DNA from: Zygnema circumcarinatum SAG 698-1b
Taxonomy: Eukaryota > Plantae > Zygnematophyceae
Length of the DNA: 64,000 bases
Direction of reading: 5' to 3'
NCBI GenBank assembly: GCA_037447605.1
Contig: CM074809.1
Coordinates: 1,292,689-1,356,688, forward strand
Every line of letters starts with the position of its first letter. Position 1 is the stretch's first letter. Both the position numbers and the translations under genes were made by a program. Positions 12,388-30,627 of the stretch are shown here, piece after piece. The notes under the pieces were generated by a model. It ran no database searches. It was given only the letters and a program-made list of their open reading frames with translations, and was not told the origin of the DNA.

Positions 12388-14115
12388 ATGGCTGCCACTG
12401 CTGTGCTCGTGCCGCCTCCTTCCTTTCTTTTTACGCACTCACCCTCCATAGCCTGCGTCCCGGTCTGCAAAAGGCTTCAGAGAAGAGTTAGGGTTTCCAC
12501 ACGTCTTTGCCGGAGTCCCCAGGCAACCGCAGAGATTGGAGGGGTGGTGGCTGAGATTGGAGGAAAGTCTGAAATCACATGGCAGGTGCTTGTTGGAAGC
12601 ATTGGTACGTTTTTTGGCTGATCCTGATGCACATAAATTCTTCAAATGCTGAGGGATGTGCCACTTGTCCACAGTATATTCATGAAGCAGTAAGAGATTG
12701 TAAATTGGTTGCTGCAAGCAGTCATGCCCACAACTGTTGATCGATGGCTTAATTTTTCCATTTCAAATTTGACAAATATTTCTCAACAATTACGTTCCTC
12801 GCTGCTCCTCTTTTACCACTATGATTCTCAAGGAAGTTCATTTTTTTCATATTAAGGCTCAAGAGCATCTGCAAGACAGGAAAGAGCTGCAGGAACTTCC
12901 ATTTGCTTTCTGTTAGCAGCGCATCACCAGCTCGGTGCTGCGTCAGCATTGCTTCTGATTGCTCAGTGCAGCGCAGTTCTCTTGCAGTTGTGAAAATTTG
13001 CCTAGAAGGTTTGGCAGAATCAGGAAAGGTTCATTTCGTGTCTCTGCCCTAAAAAGGAACCGCTGAAAAACGCAGCTTTCGCTGCTTACACCGCTTTCTT
13101 TGAAAACCTTTGCATTCGGTACTGTTTGTTAAGGAGCGACCATGAGATGACGACCACGATCCACTGACCTCCAAGTACAATTGTGCGCTAATGACTTTAA
13201 ATGTGACAGCCGGCGTCACTCCGTTTGTGGTAGCTGGCATTGAGTTCAGTAAACGCATTGTGAGTATACCACATGCCACATCCTCTCCCCATTGTGAGTA
13301 TAGTAACATGACACACGTTCCACAAAAGAAACAGTGAGCTGAAGTTACATTAAACAACTTGGTGCAACAGCAAGATGCATATTTGCCACGGACGTGTGTG
13401 CATTGGTTTGCACGAAACTTGGAGAAATTAGTCTTCATTTGATGTCCTATGTTAAGAGGCATGTCGAGGCAGTAACGCGAATGGGCGATGATGCGCCATG
13501 GCTGTGTAGATTGAACAACGGAATTGTGAGGTCTGTGGAGGTTCTGGGCTTCAGTTGGTAGGCCGCTTTTATCGGAAGTGCTCAGGATGCGGTGGGTCCT
13601 CATTGCTTTTACTATTGAATATTCTTCATGCTATCTTCTTTCCAGGACCTTCAACTCGGTGGTCCTCAGTGGTTCTCATGTCTGTTGATTGTCCTTGCAG
13701 TACAATTCTCGCTCTCTGAATAATGTCTCACCCTCACGTTAGCAGCAGAAGTTTGCGCAGGATAAACAAATCAGATCCCATGTCTGCCTGATGCATACAA
13801 AGTGCCTCACAATGACTCGAGTGAAAGCGGCTGATGTGTTGACATTGCAGGTCAAGAATGTCCAGTGATGGTTGCAATGGTAGCAACTGTAATGGAAGCT
13901 AAACAATTAGTTGGCTGTGTTCCCTTTCTTCAGCAGCAGTATTCCAACTTGATTTTGCCTTAATTCTTGATAAAGAAGTTTTACACTAGGAGTCTTTTGT
14001 ATCAGCCATAAGTGCGTGATGCGCCTGAGCTTACCGATGTGGCTGTTCTTTCGCTGCGGGGGTTGCAGGAGGCTTTCTACCTTGGCAGTCGTGGAAACGG
14101 TTCTTCTCTGGATGA
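12388..14115 (+). CDS. Small plastid-type DnaJ-like zinc-finger membrane protein (CxxCxGxG; DnaJE1-type), 4 exons
   Basis: MAATAVLVPPPSFL..(transit-like)..SEITWQVLVGSI|AGVTPFVVAGIEFSKRI|IEQRNCEVCGGSGLQLVGRFYRKCSGC|GGFLPWQSWKRFFSG*. Canonical GT-AG junctions at ~12604/13210, ~13261/13510 and ~13591/14069. Confidence 0.85.
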
Positions 14116-14652
14116 CACAATGTGGGGACACTACAGAGATTTTTTAAGCTCGTCTTGCAATATTTTGCTACTTTACCGTGGACTATTGTTCATTGAGAGC
14201 GTTCCTTTGCACATATTTTCAGATACCATCAAAAAAATAAAAAAATGACCATTATGAATATCAATATCAACTTTCATACTGTAGACAATGACATTTGAGT
14301 GTAGATCCACCCTTGATGGCGGATCAGCGCATGATGTGTGTCCAATTGTTCATGTGAATATACTCAATCGTTATTATGCGATAAGTTCACCATGTAAATG
14401 CCTCCCCACAATACTTTGCTGGAGCGTGCACCCTATCGCTGAAAAACACATGCCATGTCCCATACTCATGCCATGCCATACTCATGCCATGCCATACTCA
14501 GACATGCACATATCCCATGCTGAGAGCAGACCACAAGCTCCACCTTACAGAGACGCAATGCAATTTCCATTAAGCGGCCTTTCTTATGAACACGATTATA
14601 AAAATTATACACCGCTGCCGTTCCTAAACATGTACAAAGGGGAGCGCTCTCT

Positions 14653-15737
14653 CTATCCGAAGTAGCCGTCGCCCCTGCCCTTGAAGCCGACCTGGCCGAG
14701 GAGGAGGGCAATGAAGAGGCCGGTGTGCCACAAGATCATCCACAGCCTGCACCCAATAACAGCTCGCAATGAATATCTATAAATAAATTCTTATACGAAT
14801 GAAAAAAATTGGCCTGCATTGTACCTCACGCAGCTCATAAGACCTAGATACCCCGAGCGCATCATCTACTCACACTGCCACCCTCAGCACTACCAGTCAC
14901 GGACCTGATGAGCTACATGAGGGCATCACGTTACGAGAGCGAGTTTGAGACGACATGTGAAAGACTTGGATGACGATGAAGACGACGCTCACCAGAAGGG
15001 AGAGTCGAGGGAAGGGCCCACAGGGAACTTCGCGAGCTCAGGGCCGATGCTGCCGAAGAAGAGGCCGGTCAGGCTCTCGCCATTGATGGCGGGGATGCTT
15101 GAAGGTGCGAGCCATCCGATGAGACCGAAGCCGACGACGGAGAGGTCCTTCCTCAGCCAGTTAGGGCTAAAGCTGCAGGTTCACACCCCTTCATCTTCTC
15201 TCAGTAACTGTCCGCCTTTTCATAAACAGCAAACCAAAAATCCTACGAGTAGCGAAGGAAGTGAATGAAGTGAAGGAAAGATAGGTGCATTCAGGGCACA
15301 AACCAGGTCACGCGGGCAGCACCGGCGGTGCGCTCAAGCTGCACTCCGGAGAAGCGAGCGCCGCTGCCGGACACGAAGGCTGCACAGCACCTCGAGCAGT
15401 CTCTTAGAAGGCACACTAATATGCTAGAGCACTTCCATTACCATTATAAGCCGACCTACTCTCTGGACAAGTAAACGAGAGAGGCATCCTACAAGGCCGG
15501 GGGTAGGAAACGCAGCGCACAAGTATCTTACTATCTTCCAACCCTAAAACAACCTATTCAAAGTCCCCGTTTCCCACCGTCCTCTCAAACACACAAACGC
15601 TTTGCAGTCCCTCCCAGACAGAAGGCCCTTCCGGAAGCAATACCAGACTTGAGCTGAACGTTGGAGCGCACGCTCAAGGAGGATCCGGCCAAGCCAGTCA
15701 CAGGCACGGCCACGGAGCAGGCAGCTGCGCACGCCAT
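14653..15737 (-). CDS. psaO: Photosystem I subunit O, 4 exons
   Basis: Transit peptide followed by CFSPNWLRKDLSVVGFGLIGWLAPSSIPAINGESLTGLFFGSIGPELAKFPVGPSLDSPFW|LWMILWHTGLFIALLLGQVGFKGRGDGYFG*, which is the typical PsaO sequence. Confidence 0.95.
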
Positions 15738-15972
15738 GGCTGCAGAGCGCGAGAGTGTGCTAGTGCGAAAGCGTGAGAGAGAGTGCGTGACCAGACTCCC
15801 TCTTCCTCCCCTCTCCCTGAGTGTATGCCTCCGCGGGGGGACGCCATCGCGGAGCGGATCGCGCGGGCAGGCGCCGATTGGCGTTGCGGCGCGCGGGCGG
15901 ATAAGGACGCTAACGGCACCGCCCAAAGGGCCAGGAGGTGCGCGCAGCCGGGGAGGGGGGTACGAATAGGGA

Positions 15973-16088
15973 GCCACGTGGACGATTGTCAGCATGTGTG
16001 GATCACCGCAGTCTGCCACGTGGACTATCGCGGGCTGCCATGTGGACTATTGAGGGCTGCCACGTGGACGATTGCGGGCTGCCACGTA
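15973..16088. promoter_or_regulatory. G-box (GCCACGTG) array upstream of psaO; four units at 22-bp period plus one more copy
   Basis: Unit starts at 15973, 16015, 16037 (GCCATGTG variant), 16059 and 16081 (GCCACGTA variant). Unit consensus GCCACGTGGACKATTGCGGGCT. Confidence 0.75.
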
Positions 16089-17183
16089 TCTGACCTACTA
16101 CACCTATGGAGAGGGTAGGAGGCTAGGGAGTAGGGACGCCATGGCTTAAGGTTAGGAGTGGTGGTAGGTGCACTATGTGGGGTAGGAGTGAGGCCCTAGA
16201 CTCAAGGTGATGGGGGGGTGTGGGGCTAGGAGGAGTGGGTTTTGTTAAACATGGATGCATGGCGCGAGAGAGGGGTGTAGACATTGGAGCAGTTCCACTT
16301 GCTTGCAGGTGGTCGGTCAGTGATGGCGAGGCGGCGCGAGGAGGCAATGATCTCAATGATCATGGTGGTTCATGATCATTCGTGGTTTGCGATCGCATGC
16401 ATGCAGTCGAGAGAGTGCCGCATGGGGGTGTTGAAGTCATTGGGATACATTCGGAAAACGAAGGCTCAAGTGAGGAAAATGGCATTGATCTCACGATGGC
16501 GAGGCCTTCAAATGTACATGGACAAAAGCACTTAAGCTCGTCCTATTGTTGCGGTGGTGGTGGTGTGATGGTTCACAACATCACATCAGAAGAGAATAGG
16601 CAACTGAATTCGTTGGATGAAGCTGGAACTCAGCGGCGCAGTTGAAACACAGTTTAAAGCGGAGGGCGCAGCTGCCCATCAGACAGACTTCAAGCGTCTC
16701 TTAGACCAGCAGAACACATGGAGACATGCCCTCCTGCTCGGCAAAGCTTACATGTACAAGAGGCGCAGTTTCTCATAGCCGTTATTGAGCACCGTCTACA
16801 AAAACGCTGAGAATATTGAACAGACTCAACAGCGCTAAACAGCGCGTACGGAGGGCCTACCCTTACTCCCAACCTGCCCTGCAATCTGCAAAAACCTAAG
16901 GAAAAAGGTCTGTTTTCGTCGCTTCCAAAATACATCTGCGAATATACAAGGGCCTAGCTACATTGAAAGCGGATAATGAAGAGATAGAAAAAAAAAACGA
17001 GAGCATACAGCGCATTTTGGACTGTGCTCTGTCGGCTGAGCTTCAGAGGCATGTAAGCAGCCATAAACCCTTTCCTTGGCTTCCGTATTGCCGGCTTGCA
17101 GCTTACATGCAGGGTCTGCTCCTTTCTTTCTTACTGAACAAGGGGGTGGTGGCTGTACAAGGAAGGGACCTTCCCCTACGCCT

Positions 17184-23358
<6,175 letters not shown>

Positions 23359-23876
23359 GGCCGACCCCTCCCCGCCCCGCCCCTTCCAGCACCCCGCGCA
23401 CTCGCTGACAGGCAGGCAGCCAGGCAGGCAGGCAGGCGGAGGGAAGGAGAGGAAGAGGGAGAGGAAGAGGGAGAGAGTGTGGGAGAGGGGGAGGGAGGGA
23501 GAGGAGGCGCGAGGAGGGAGGGCCACGTGGCGGAGGGCGGCGTCAGCAGGCGGCGGAGGGCGGTTGTGAGGGCGCCACGTGGAGATCCGGGGACGAATAT
23601 TCGGACGGGCGGTGAAAGATCTTGGGGTGGACAACGACAGGCTCGGGGCCGTTCGCACTAGGTCCAGGAGTCAGACGCCACGTGGCAGACACGTAGCGGC
23701 GACGTGGCGCGGGAGGGGCTGTCTTTGGAGGGCGGTTGCCACCTGGACGTCGGTTCGCAAGTGCGGTGATCCCTCCTCCCGTGGCAGGGGGCCGGCCCGT
23801 CCATGGCAGATGGGCGGAGCAGGCGGAAGCGGAGCCTTTTTGCGGTCCGGTCCGTCGCGAGCGGTCCTCGTGGTGG

Positions 23877-23951
23877 TGCACGTGCATGGGCATGTGCATG
23901 TGCATCGGCATGGGCATGGGCATGGGCATGGGCATGTGCATGGGCATGTGT

Positions 23952-23989
<38 letters not shown>

Positions 23990-23992
23990 AGG

Positions 23993-24042
<50 letters not shown>

Positions 24043-24172
24043 CGGGCATGGGCATGGGCATGGGCACGGGCATGGGCATGGGCATGTGCATGTGCATGTG
24101 CACGTGCATGTGCATGTGCATGTGCATGTGCATGTGCATGTGCATGTGCATGTGTATGTGCATGCGCATGTG
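23877..24172. repeat. Hexamer tandem array (GGCATG)n then (TGCATG)n in the divergent intergenic region
   Basis: About 295 bp, roughly 49 units. GGCATG dominates ~23907-24083 and TGCATG dominates ~24084-24172. Confidence 0.95.
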
Positions 24173-24802
24173 CGCCAAGCTGCATTGTTGGCGAACAGTG
24201 GCCGCATGACAGTCCGTGCCACGTGGGCGCCAGATATTGTCTCCTAGTGACTTGTTTTAATTTGGATCCCAAAGCCATCGGTTGTACGGACGGTGGCGGC
24301 GCGGCTGCGAGCCTGCCGCCCGGCAACGCGACAAATGGCAACCCGTAGGCCTCCTGGCAAGCCGTACAGTTCATTTAATGTCCGTACACTTCCCTCGTCC
24401 CTACCCCATGCTGCCCGCCACGTAAGCCAAGCCCTCACTGCATGTTTGCATGACGTCAAGAAAACCTGACGTCATTTCGTACAAACCCAGATGAACATTG
24501 ACTTTAAGAGGTCCGTTGGGGGCTGCTGTTGCAGTAAAGAGAGGGAGGCTCGCTCGATAAAGTCACATTCGGAGTCGTTCCTTTTCAGTTCTCAACTTCA
24601 CACCCTCGCCAGTTGTCCCTGCCCATTCTCCCTCCCTCCCTCCTTCCCTCTCGCTCTCTCCCCCTCCTGTGGTGGATTAGGAGCTGCCACACACCGGCGG
24701 CCATGGCAGGCGCGCCCTCGAGGGCGGAGCTGCCGCTGTGGTAGTCGTGCGGGTGCAGCGGTCGTCGCTTTTGGCTCTTGAGATCGAGCAGGGCCTCCCT
24801 CC

Positions 24803-25464
24803 ATGATGGGCGGGTGGAAGCTGCCCCTCGGCGGGCCGCCCGGCCGCCTCTTCAAGGTCTCGCAGCGCGTCCATGTCCGCCAGGCCTCCGGAAGCAGTGC
24901 TGCTCCCACTGCACCTGTCTCTTCCTTCAGCAAACCTCCTCTCAGGTAAGGTATGCGTCAGGCCCGCCGAGAGCTGCTCTGCTTCAGAACATATGCATCC
25001 AAAGAGCATATGTATCAGAAGGAGCATTTTCCCTATGTTAAAGCACTTTTTGGTTTTCCTTGGAAGACATGGAATTCCTTCAGCTTTTGCAGGGATCAGT
25101 TTTCTCGTCGCCCTTGCTTTTTACTACTGAGGATTTTAAGGTTTTTTTGGTTTTTTAGGGGGGTTTTTTTTTTTTTTTTAAGTTAGAGATTGCCTTTTGG
25201 CGACTTGCAATGTGTGTCATTTCGTATACGTTCAATACGTAGTGTTTTTTATTGAAATCGCTAGCATTACTTGGTCACCTCATCACGATTCAAGATCATA
25301 CATTTTTTTTTGCTGAAAAAGCAACTAGCGGAAGGAAAATCAAAAGAGGTAAACGAAGGAAAGATTCTTGCCTTTGTATAGAGAAAAGAGCGTTGCTCCG
25401 CATAGAATCCTTTCCCTTTGAGGCAATTCTTCAAGTTTTCATCACCTTCGTTCTACATTTTTTT

Positions 25465-25507
<43 letters not shown>

Positions 25508-28500
25508 CGTTCTCAAAGTGTTGAGCGGAGTGTCTCCATGAAGTAACTTCACATGTGGAGATTGCCGTTTTATGCAGAATTTAGCAAGCAAAAGTTTGCT
25601 GGGACTAGTCTGTTCGCGGCGACTTCTTGTTACAGATTCTGATAAGAACAGACTGCTAACAATGAACCAACAGCTGTCAAATGCTAAGGGTTTACTGGAG
25701 CCATTCATCACTCTAGTGAAAAAAGGGGAACGTAAGTCATGAAATTAAAAGCTGGAAGCGGGACATGCCTTGCTCCAGCGATCGTTTATAGGATTTTTTT
25801 TAGTGTTTTGGGTTATCGACTGCGAACAGCTAACCAGACAAGTCAATAGCTTCTACCTTCGACTCACATAACTTCTCTTGGTCCCTGGTATGGCAGAGTT
25901 TCATCATGGCAAACAACCTTAAGACGATGGACTTTGCAACTGAGCTATTTGGCTGTACTCTTTTCAATCGCCTTATATGCAAGTGTGGCAGTAGAGGACT
26001 TTTCACGAAGACTGGCAAACACTCCACACACACCCTTGCCCAAGAGGGCACAGGCAATTCTTAACCTGGTGGGAACAGGAGTATTTGGTGAGCAATCACT
26101 TACCTTTCGGCCTATTGACAAATTGCCTTTGACTTACTGATTGAGGACTCCCAGGTATCTGCGTACATTCAAGGAAACCGGTAAAGGGTCATTGAAAAGA
26201 TATCACGGCTATTTGTTTCATCATCCAATCACTTACATTTTGCAATGTAGTTGACGTGGGCTTCCGTTTTCAATTCAACTATCTGGATGAGAATCGACTT
26301 AGATCGGGGCTGCTTGTTTGTCATGTTTTGGTTCGAAGGATATCAGTTTCCCTCAGCTGTTCCTCATAGGTAGAAGAAACTTACAGGCCTTAGTGTCCTT
26401 TCTCAGCTGGTTGGTGAACAGAGCTACTGTCAGTGATATGACCATGTTTTGAGGTGTGAGTGTGGGTGTGTAGAGCCAGTAAAGCCCGTGCTATTGGAAC
26501 AGCAAAATGTGGTAAAAAAAAAGCCGAGGCAGCAGGATTGGAGAAGACTTCCTATTTACGAGCAGACACCTGTTGTGTTTATCGCCAGCCATGTCCCTAA
26601 TGAACCCGACCATCCGGCCATTCGCGTACTCAAACAAGTAAAGTGGCAGTCACAGAACACTCTTAGAGAGCTAAAAACACCGATGAGTGGTGGAACCATG
26701 TAGGTGAAAGGGGATTAAAAACTAGTTAAAAGGAACAATTTCTCATGCGTTTGAACTTGGGAGCTTAGGAGGGAAAGCATGAGGCATTAATAAGGTGACA
26801 GCTGTCACGAATGGAGGTCGAGTTGGTGGTAATATAGCGACTTCTCAGGATATGTGTAGCTTCAGGATTGCAGGAGAAGGGCATGGTAAGGGAGACAAGG
26901 TATGTGAGGCAGGGAGCAGAAGAGAAAGGAAGTGGGCATGAAGTAGGTCAAGCTGTCAATTCCTCAGAGGTTGCATGGGAAGGGTACAAAAACATAGAGA
27001 AAGAGAATAAAGTTTTGACATTAGCAAGATGTATGCATTAAAAACTAATCAATAGACTGGTGAATGTAATCAATCATTTTTGGTGGCTTGGCCAGGCTAT
27101 CATAGTCTTCAAACAGCACTCTACAATGAGCATTGGAACTAGGGTGGAGCCAAGAGTTTCTTGGAAAATATAACACTGAACGTTGGATCAAACACAAGAG
27201 GGCCGCCTATCTATGTATTTGTTAACTTCGTATCTTCCTCGTTTGACTTTCTTTCCCTATCTTGGGCGAGGATGCAGGCTCGGAAACTTAACGAACTGGT
27301 TTATTTGTTGGGTCCCAAGCCTCACCCACATTTGCGGAAACTGAATGTAATCGTTGAACCGAAGGAGATTTACAATGAAACAATAAATTGGGTTTGGGTG
27401 AGTTTCAAATCTTTCTCTTTATCGCTTTCGTCAGTGCGAAGACATTTCTATTAACCTGAGATAGCCAAGATGTTGGATAGACGAAGAAATGAAGGCAAAG
27501 GACGGGATGAGGTGGAAGTTCAAATGAGGAGAAGGGACTCACTTTAGGACAAATGAAGGGAGGTGTTAATGATTTAGAGAGTAGTGAAATAGAAGTCAGG
27601 TAGGAGCGAGAAGGAAAAACATTAAAAAAAAGGCATTGGCATGGAGAATAAGGAAGCATGAAGGGAGTGAGAAAGCTTTGAAATGATTCCTTTGCTAGAA
27701 TGAGCAAGGTGTTATCAAGCAGGAATTCCTAGCTTATCATTTGAGAGCGTTAAAACAGAACTTCTAAAGCGGGGAGGAGCTCCTGCTTTTCGGTTTTTCG
27801 TTTCCGAAAGTATTGTTCCAGGGTACAGGATACGTCTTGTTCTATATGGATTAAAGTAAAACGCATGTATTGTTCAATGAAAAGAGTGTACGAGATGGCA
27901 TGATGACTGTGATGTCAAACTTGAGATGACGACAGCTTGATAAGGAAACGGAAAGTAAGACTTCGAGAAATGAACCTCCAAGAGAGATGGATCAGACATG
28001 TAGACAGGGGACAGTATAGGTGAGAGGGATGATGAAGAGTATGATGTGAGTGTTTACTAGCACGAAAGTCAGAGGAGCAGACTGGTAGGAGGCCATGAGT
28101 GAAGGCTAAGAAAGGGCTCTGGAAACAGAGGAAGACTTACAAGATCGTGGCTTCTTGCTTGAAGACTGTAGCAAGTCCACGTGCTCTTTGCTCTTCCGTT
28201 CCGCTTTTTCTCCTGTCGCTGAGCTTTGGGGTTGATGGAGATTGTCTGGACAGGCCAACATTGGGAATGTGAAGATGGATGTGTTCCGGTGGTGGATGCT
28301 CCGATCCTTCATGCATCGTCATGGGTACAAGCGCGCCCTTCTTCTCTCAGTGGAGGTGATGCTGTATGCCAACGCCACTGAATGGGCCGCATGGCTATTT
28401 CCCACAACCAAGTTGGCCTTACCAGTTCGCTGGCCAAGTCTGCAGCCTCCCCCTTCCCCAAGCCAATACATCTCCACCGCTGTTTCGTCCCACGCTGGTC

Positions 28501-30165
28501 CGATGCGTTCCCTTCCACCACTCCCTCTCATCACTCTTCAAACCCTAAAGGTGTAAAAACTTGGAAATCCTCCTTATCTGCCGCACTTCCTCCCTTTTGA
28601 AACATTCAAAGGGGGGTTACACTATGATTTTGATATGTCTGTTCAATGTTGACTCTTTCTGTTGTCTGGGCATTGCGGCGTTTGCCTTCTTCCCAGCTTT
28701 TAGGCTAACACGTTAACTTCTTGATTCTTCTTGATGGTCTGTGCAGGGCTTTGGTCTGTTGAAGCTTTGACGGACTTTGTGGACTTTTGGAGGGCGGCAT
28801 TGGCGGTGGGGCTATTTGGGGGTGAGCCGGGCAGCCTTGAGCTCATGAAGAGGAAAGAATATGGTGAAGCCAATCTGTTGGGTTGGTATTCCTACAGTGA
28901 TTGCTGGGTGCAGCCCAACTTGGATCCGCCGTGCATGGCTGAGGCACACGTCGGCATCACGTGAGTTTTTTTTACTCCCAACATCATTGAGAGTTTGTTT
29001 TCGGATTCTGGTGGTTTATGGGTTTATTTGGACCATTTTTGGGAGAGCTGGTTATGCCCTGTTGCTGCTGCTTTGGGAGGGAATCTGACTCCCATAGTGA
29101 GCCCAGCGACCTGGTCGTCTGCCGGAGGAGTGTGAGTAACAAGAGCATCGGTATGCTTGGTTTAACGAGAAAACAAACTGCCGAATAGTAAAATCTGAGA
29201 TAGAGATTAAGTTAATGTTGAGAATTTTGACGTGAGGAGACAACAGATTTGGTAATCATAGGGCAGTAAGGGGCTGGGAAAACTTGCAGGCCGAAACTGG
29301 CAGCAAAGATAAGGCGCAAGTTCACTCCCAAGTTTCAGGTGGAGTCCCTGTGCCAACCAAGATGGTGTCAGAACTCTACGTGGTCAGAGTTTGGCCTCTG
29401 CGTTTTTGACAACAACTTTTCAGTGGCCACACCGTCACGGTTCTTTAGGTTCACATTGAAGGACAAGTGCCCCTCTTCAAAACTCTACGAACACTTTGAT
29501 GCCTGGATGGAGGGAGCCCCCAAGAGATCTGTGCAGTTTCTTGTAGTGCATTTTCAGGTCTGCAATTTACCCCTTTGCTCTCGCCCCTTTTTCAAAGACC
29601 CTTTGCTGCTTTCAAAATACGAACTTTTTGGCCCACTATGCTTGTTTGTCTTTAGCTTTTAACCTTCAGAGGAAAGAGTTGACCCAGTTTCTTGTCTAAC
29701 AGCCCGCTTGTGGCGGCTTCTTGGCAGGGAAGTAGAAGAGAATTTTTGAAATTGGAGGACCCGGACCCCTCGAGGTCGTGGGGAAGCTCCCCTTTTTAGA
29801 GCACTTTTTTGTACCCAGATTTGTCAATAATGTTAATTTGGTCACTTGAAGCCCGTGTAAAGCGTAATTGATATTAGGAGGCGTGTGGAGCCTGAAAGCA
29901 AAGCCTCCTCTGCCTGTTAGCCATTTGTGACTGCCACTAGTCATGAAGGTATGATCATCGGATTCTTGTTTTCATCGTTGATGGAAAGTGTCCTATTTGT
30001 ATGGCCTTGCACGGAGTCTTCAATTCCGCTGATCTCAGGATTGGCGAGAAGATTCTCAGGAAGACTGCGAGCAAGGTCTTTGCAAAACTGCATCCATGGA
30101 GCCGTTCTTTGTTGACTGTGCAGCAAAAGCACAATAAACAAACCCGCGATGTATTTGTGTGCTAG
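24803..30165 (+). CDS. Putative type II membrane glycosyltransferase-like protein of unknown function (exon structure and ends uncertain)
   Basis: Exon-like segments bounded by splice signals: signal anchor RRWTLQLSYLAVLFSIALYASVAV (~25920-26000); PPIYVFVNF..ARKLNELVYLLG (27200-27400); FRWWMLRSFMHRHGYKRALLLSVEVMLYANATEW (28280-28390); GLWSVEALTDFVDFW; FDNNFSV..VVHFQ|GSRREFL. Resemblance to GT-A-like proteins is from recall only. Confidence 0.5.
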
Positions 30166-30627
30166 GAAACTCGAAATTTCAATCCCATGCAAGGCCATAC
30201 AGCCAGTTGTGTTGAATAATCCTAAAACTAACTTGAAAAAGCTAGTTCAGTAACGGATTTTCCAGCCGATTTAAGTCTTTGCAGGCCATCTCCATTGTTT
30301 GAAGAGGGCGGGTGGGCGGCCCTTCGGCGAGGCGCATCATGGCTCAATCTTCAAGTGAATAAAAAAAGTCTTGTAACGACCATTTTCTCCCAAAGGTGAA
30401 AGCCGTTTTCTATTTGCTTTTTGCTATGTGCTCCCTGTTCTATCTGCTGCTATTTTCTTGACTCATTTCTATCGTTGACAGCATAATTCACATTTAAAAT
30501 GCCATGCAGCAACCAGTAACCCATAGCAGACATACGCACACCTGCGGAAGAGACGATTCATCACTCTCCCAATCTTTTTATTGCGAAGTAAACAGCTAAG
30601 CACAGAGTTCAAGAGGCCTCGTTCTCA

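Noticed and set aside
23877-24172. Repeat array as a possible CRISPR
   Set aside because: No unique spacers, eukaryotic context and no cas genes.
23543-24374. His-, Met-Pro-, Cys-Pro- and His-Ala-rich ORFs resembling metal-binding proteins
   Set aside because: All six frames are open simply because the hexamer array lacks stops. There are no splice or codon signs of a gene.
26700-28100. Suspected retroelement in the large GT-like gene introns
   Set aside because: No RT, integrase or LTR signature is recognisable, and the ORF at 27161 reads better as a host exon.
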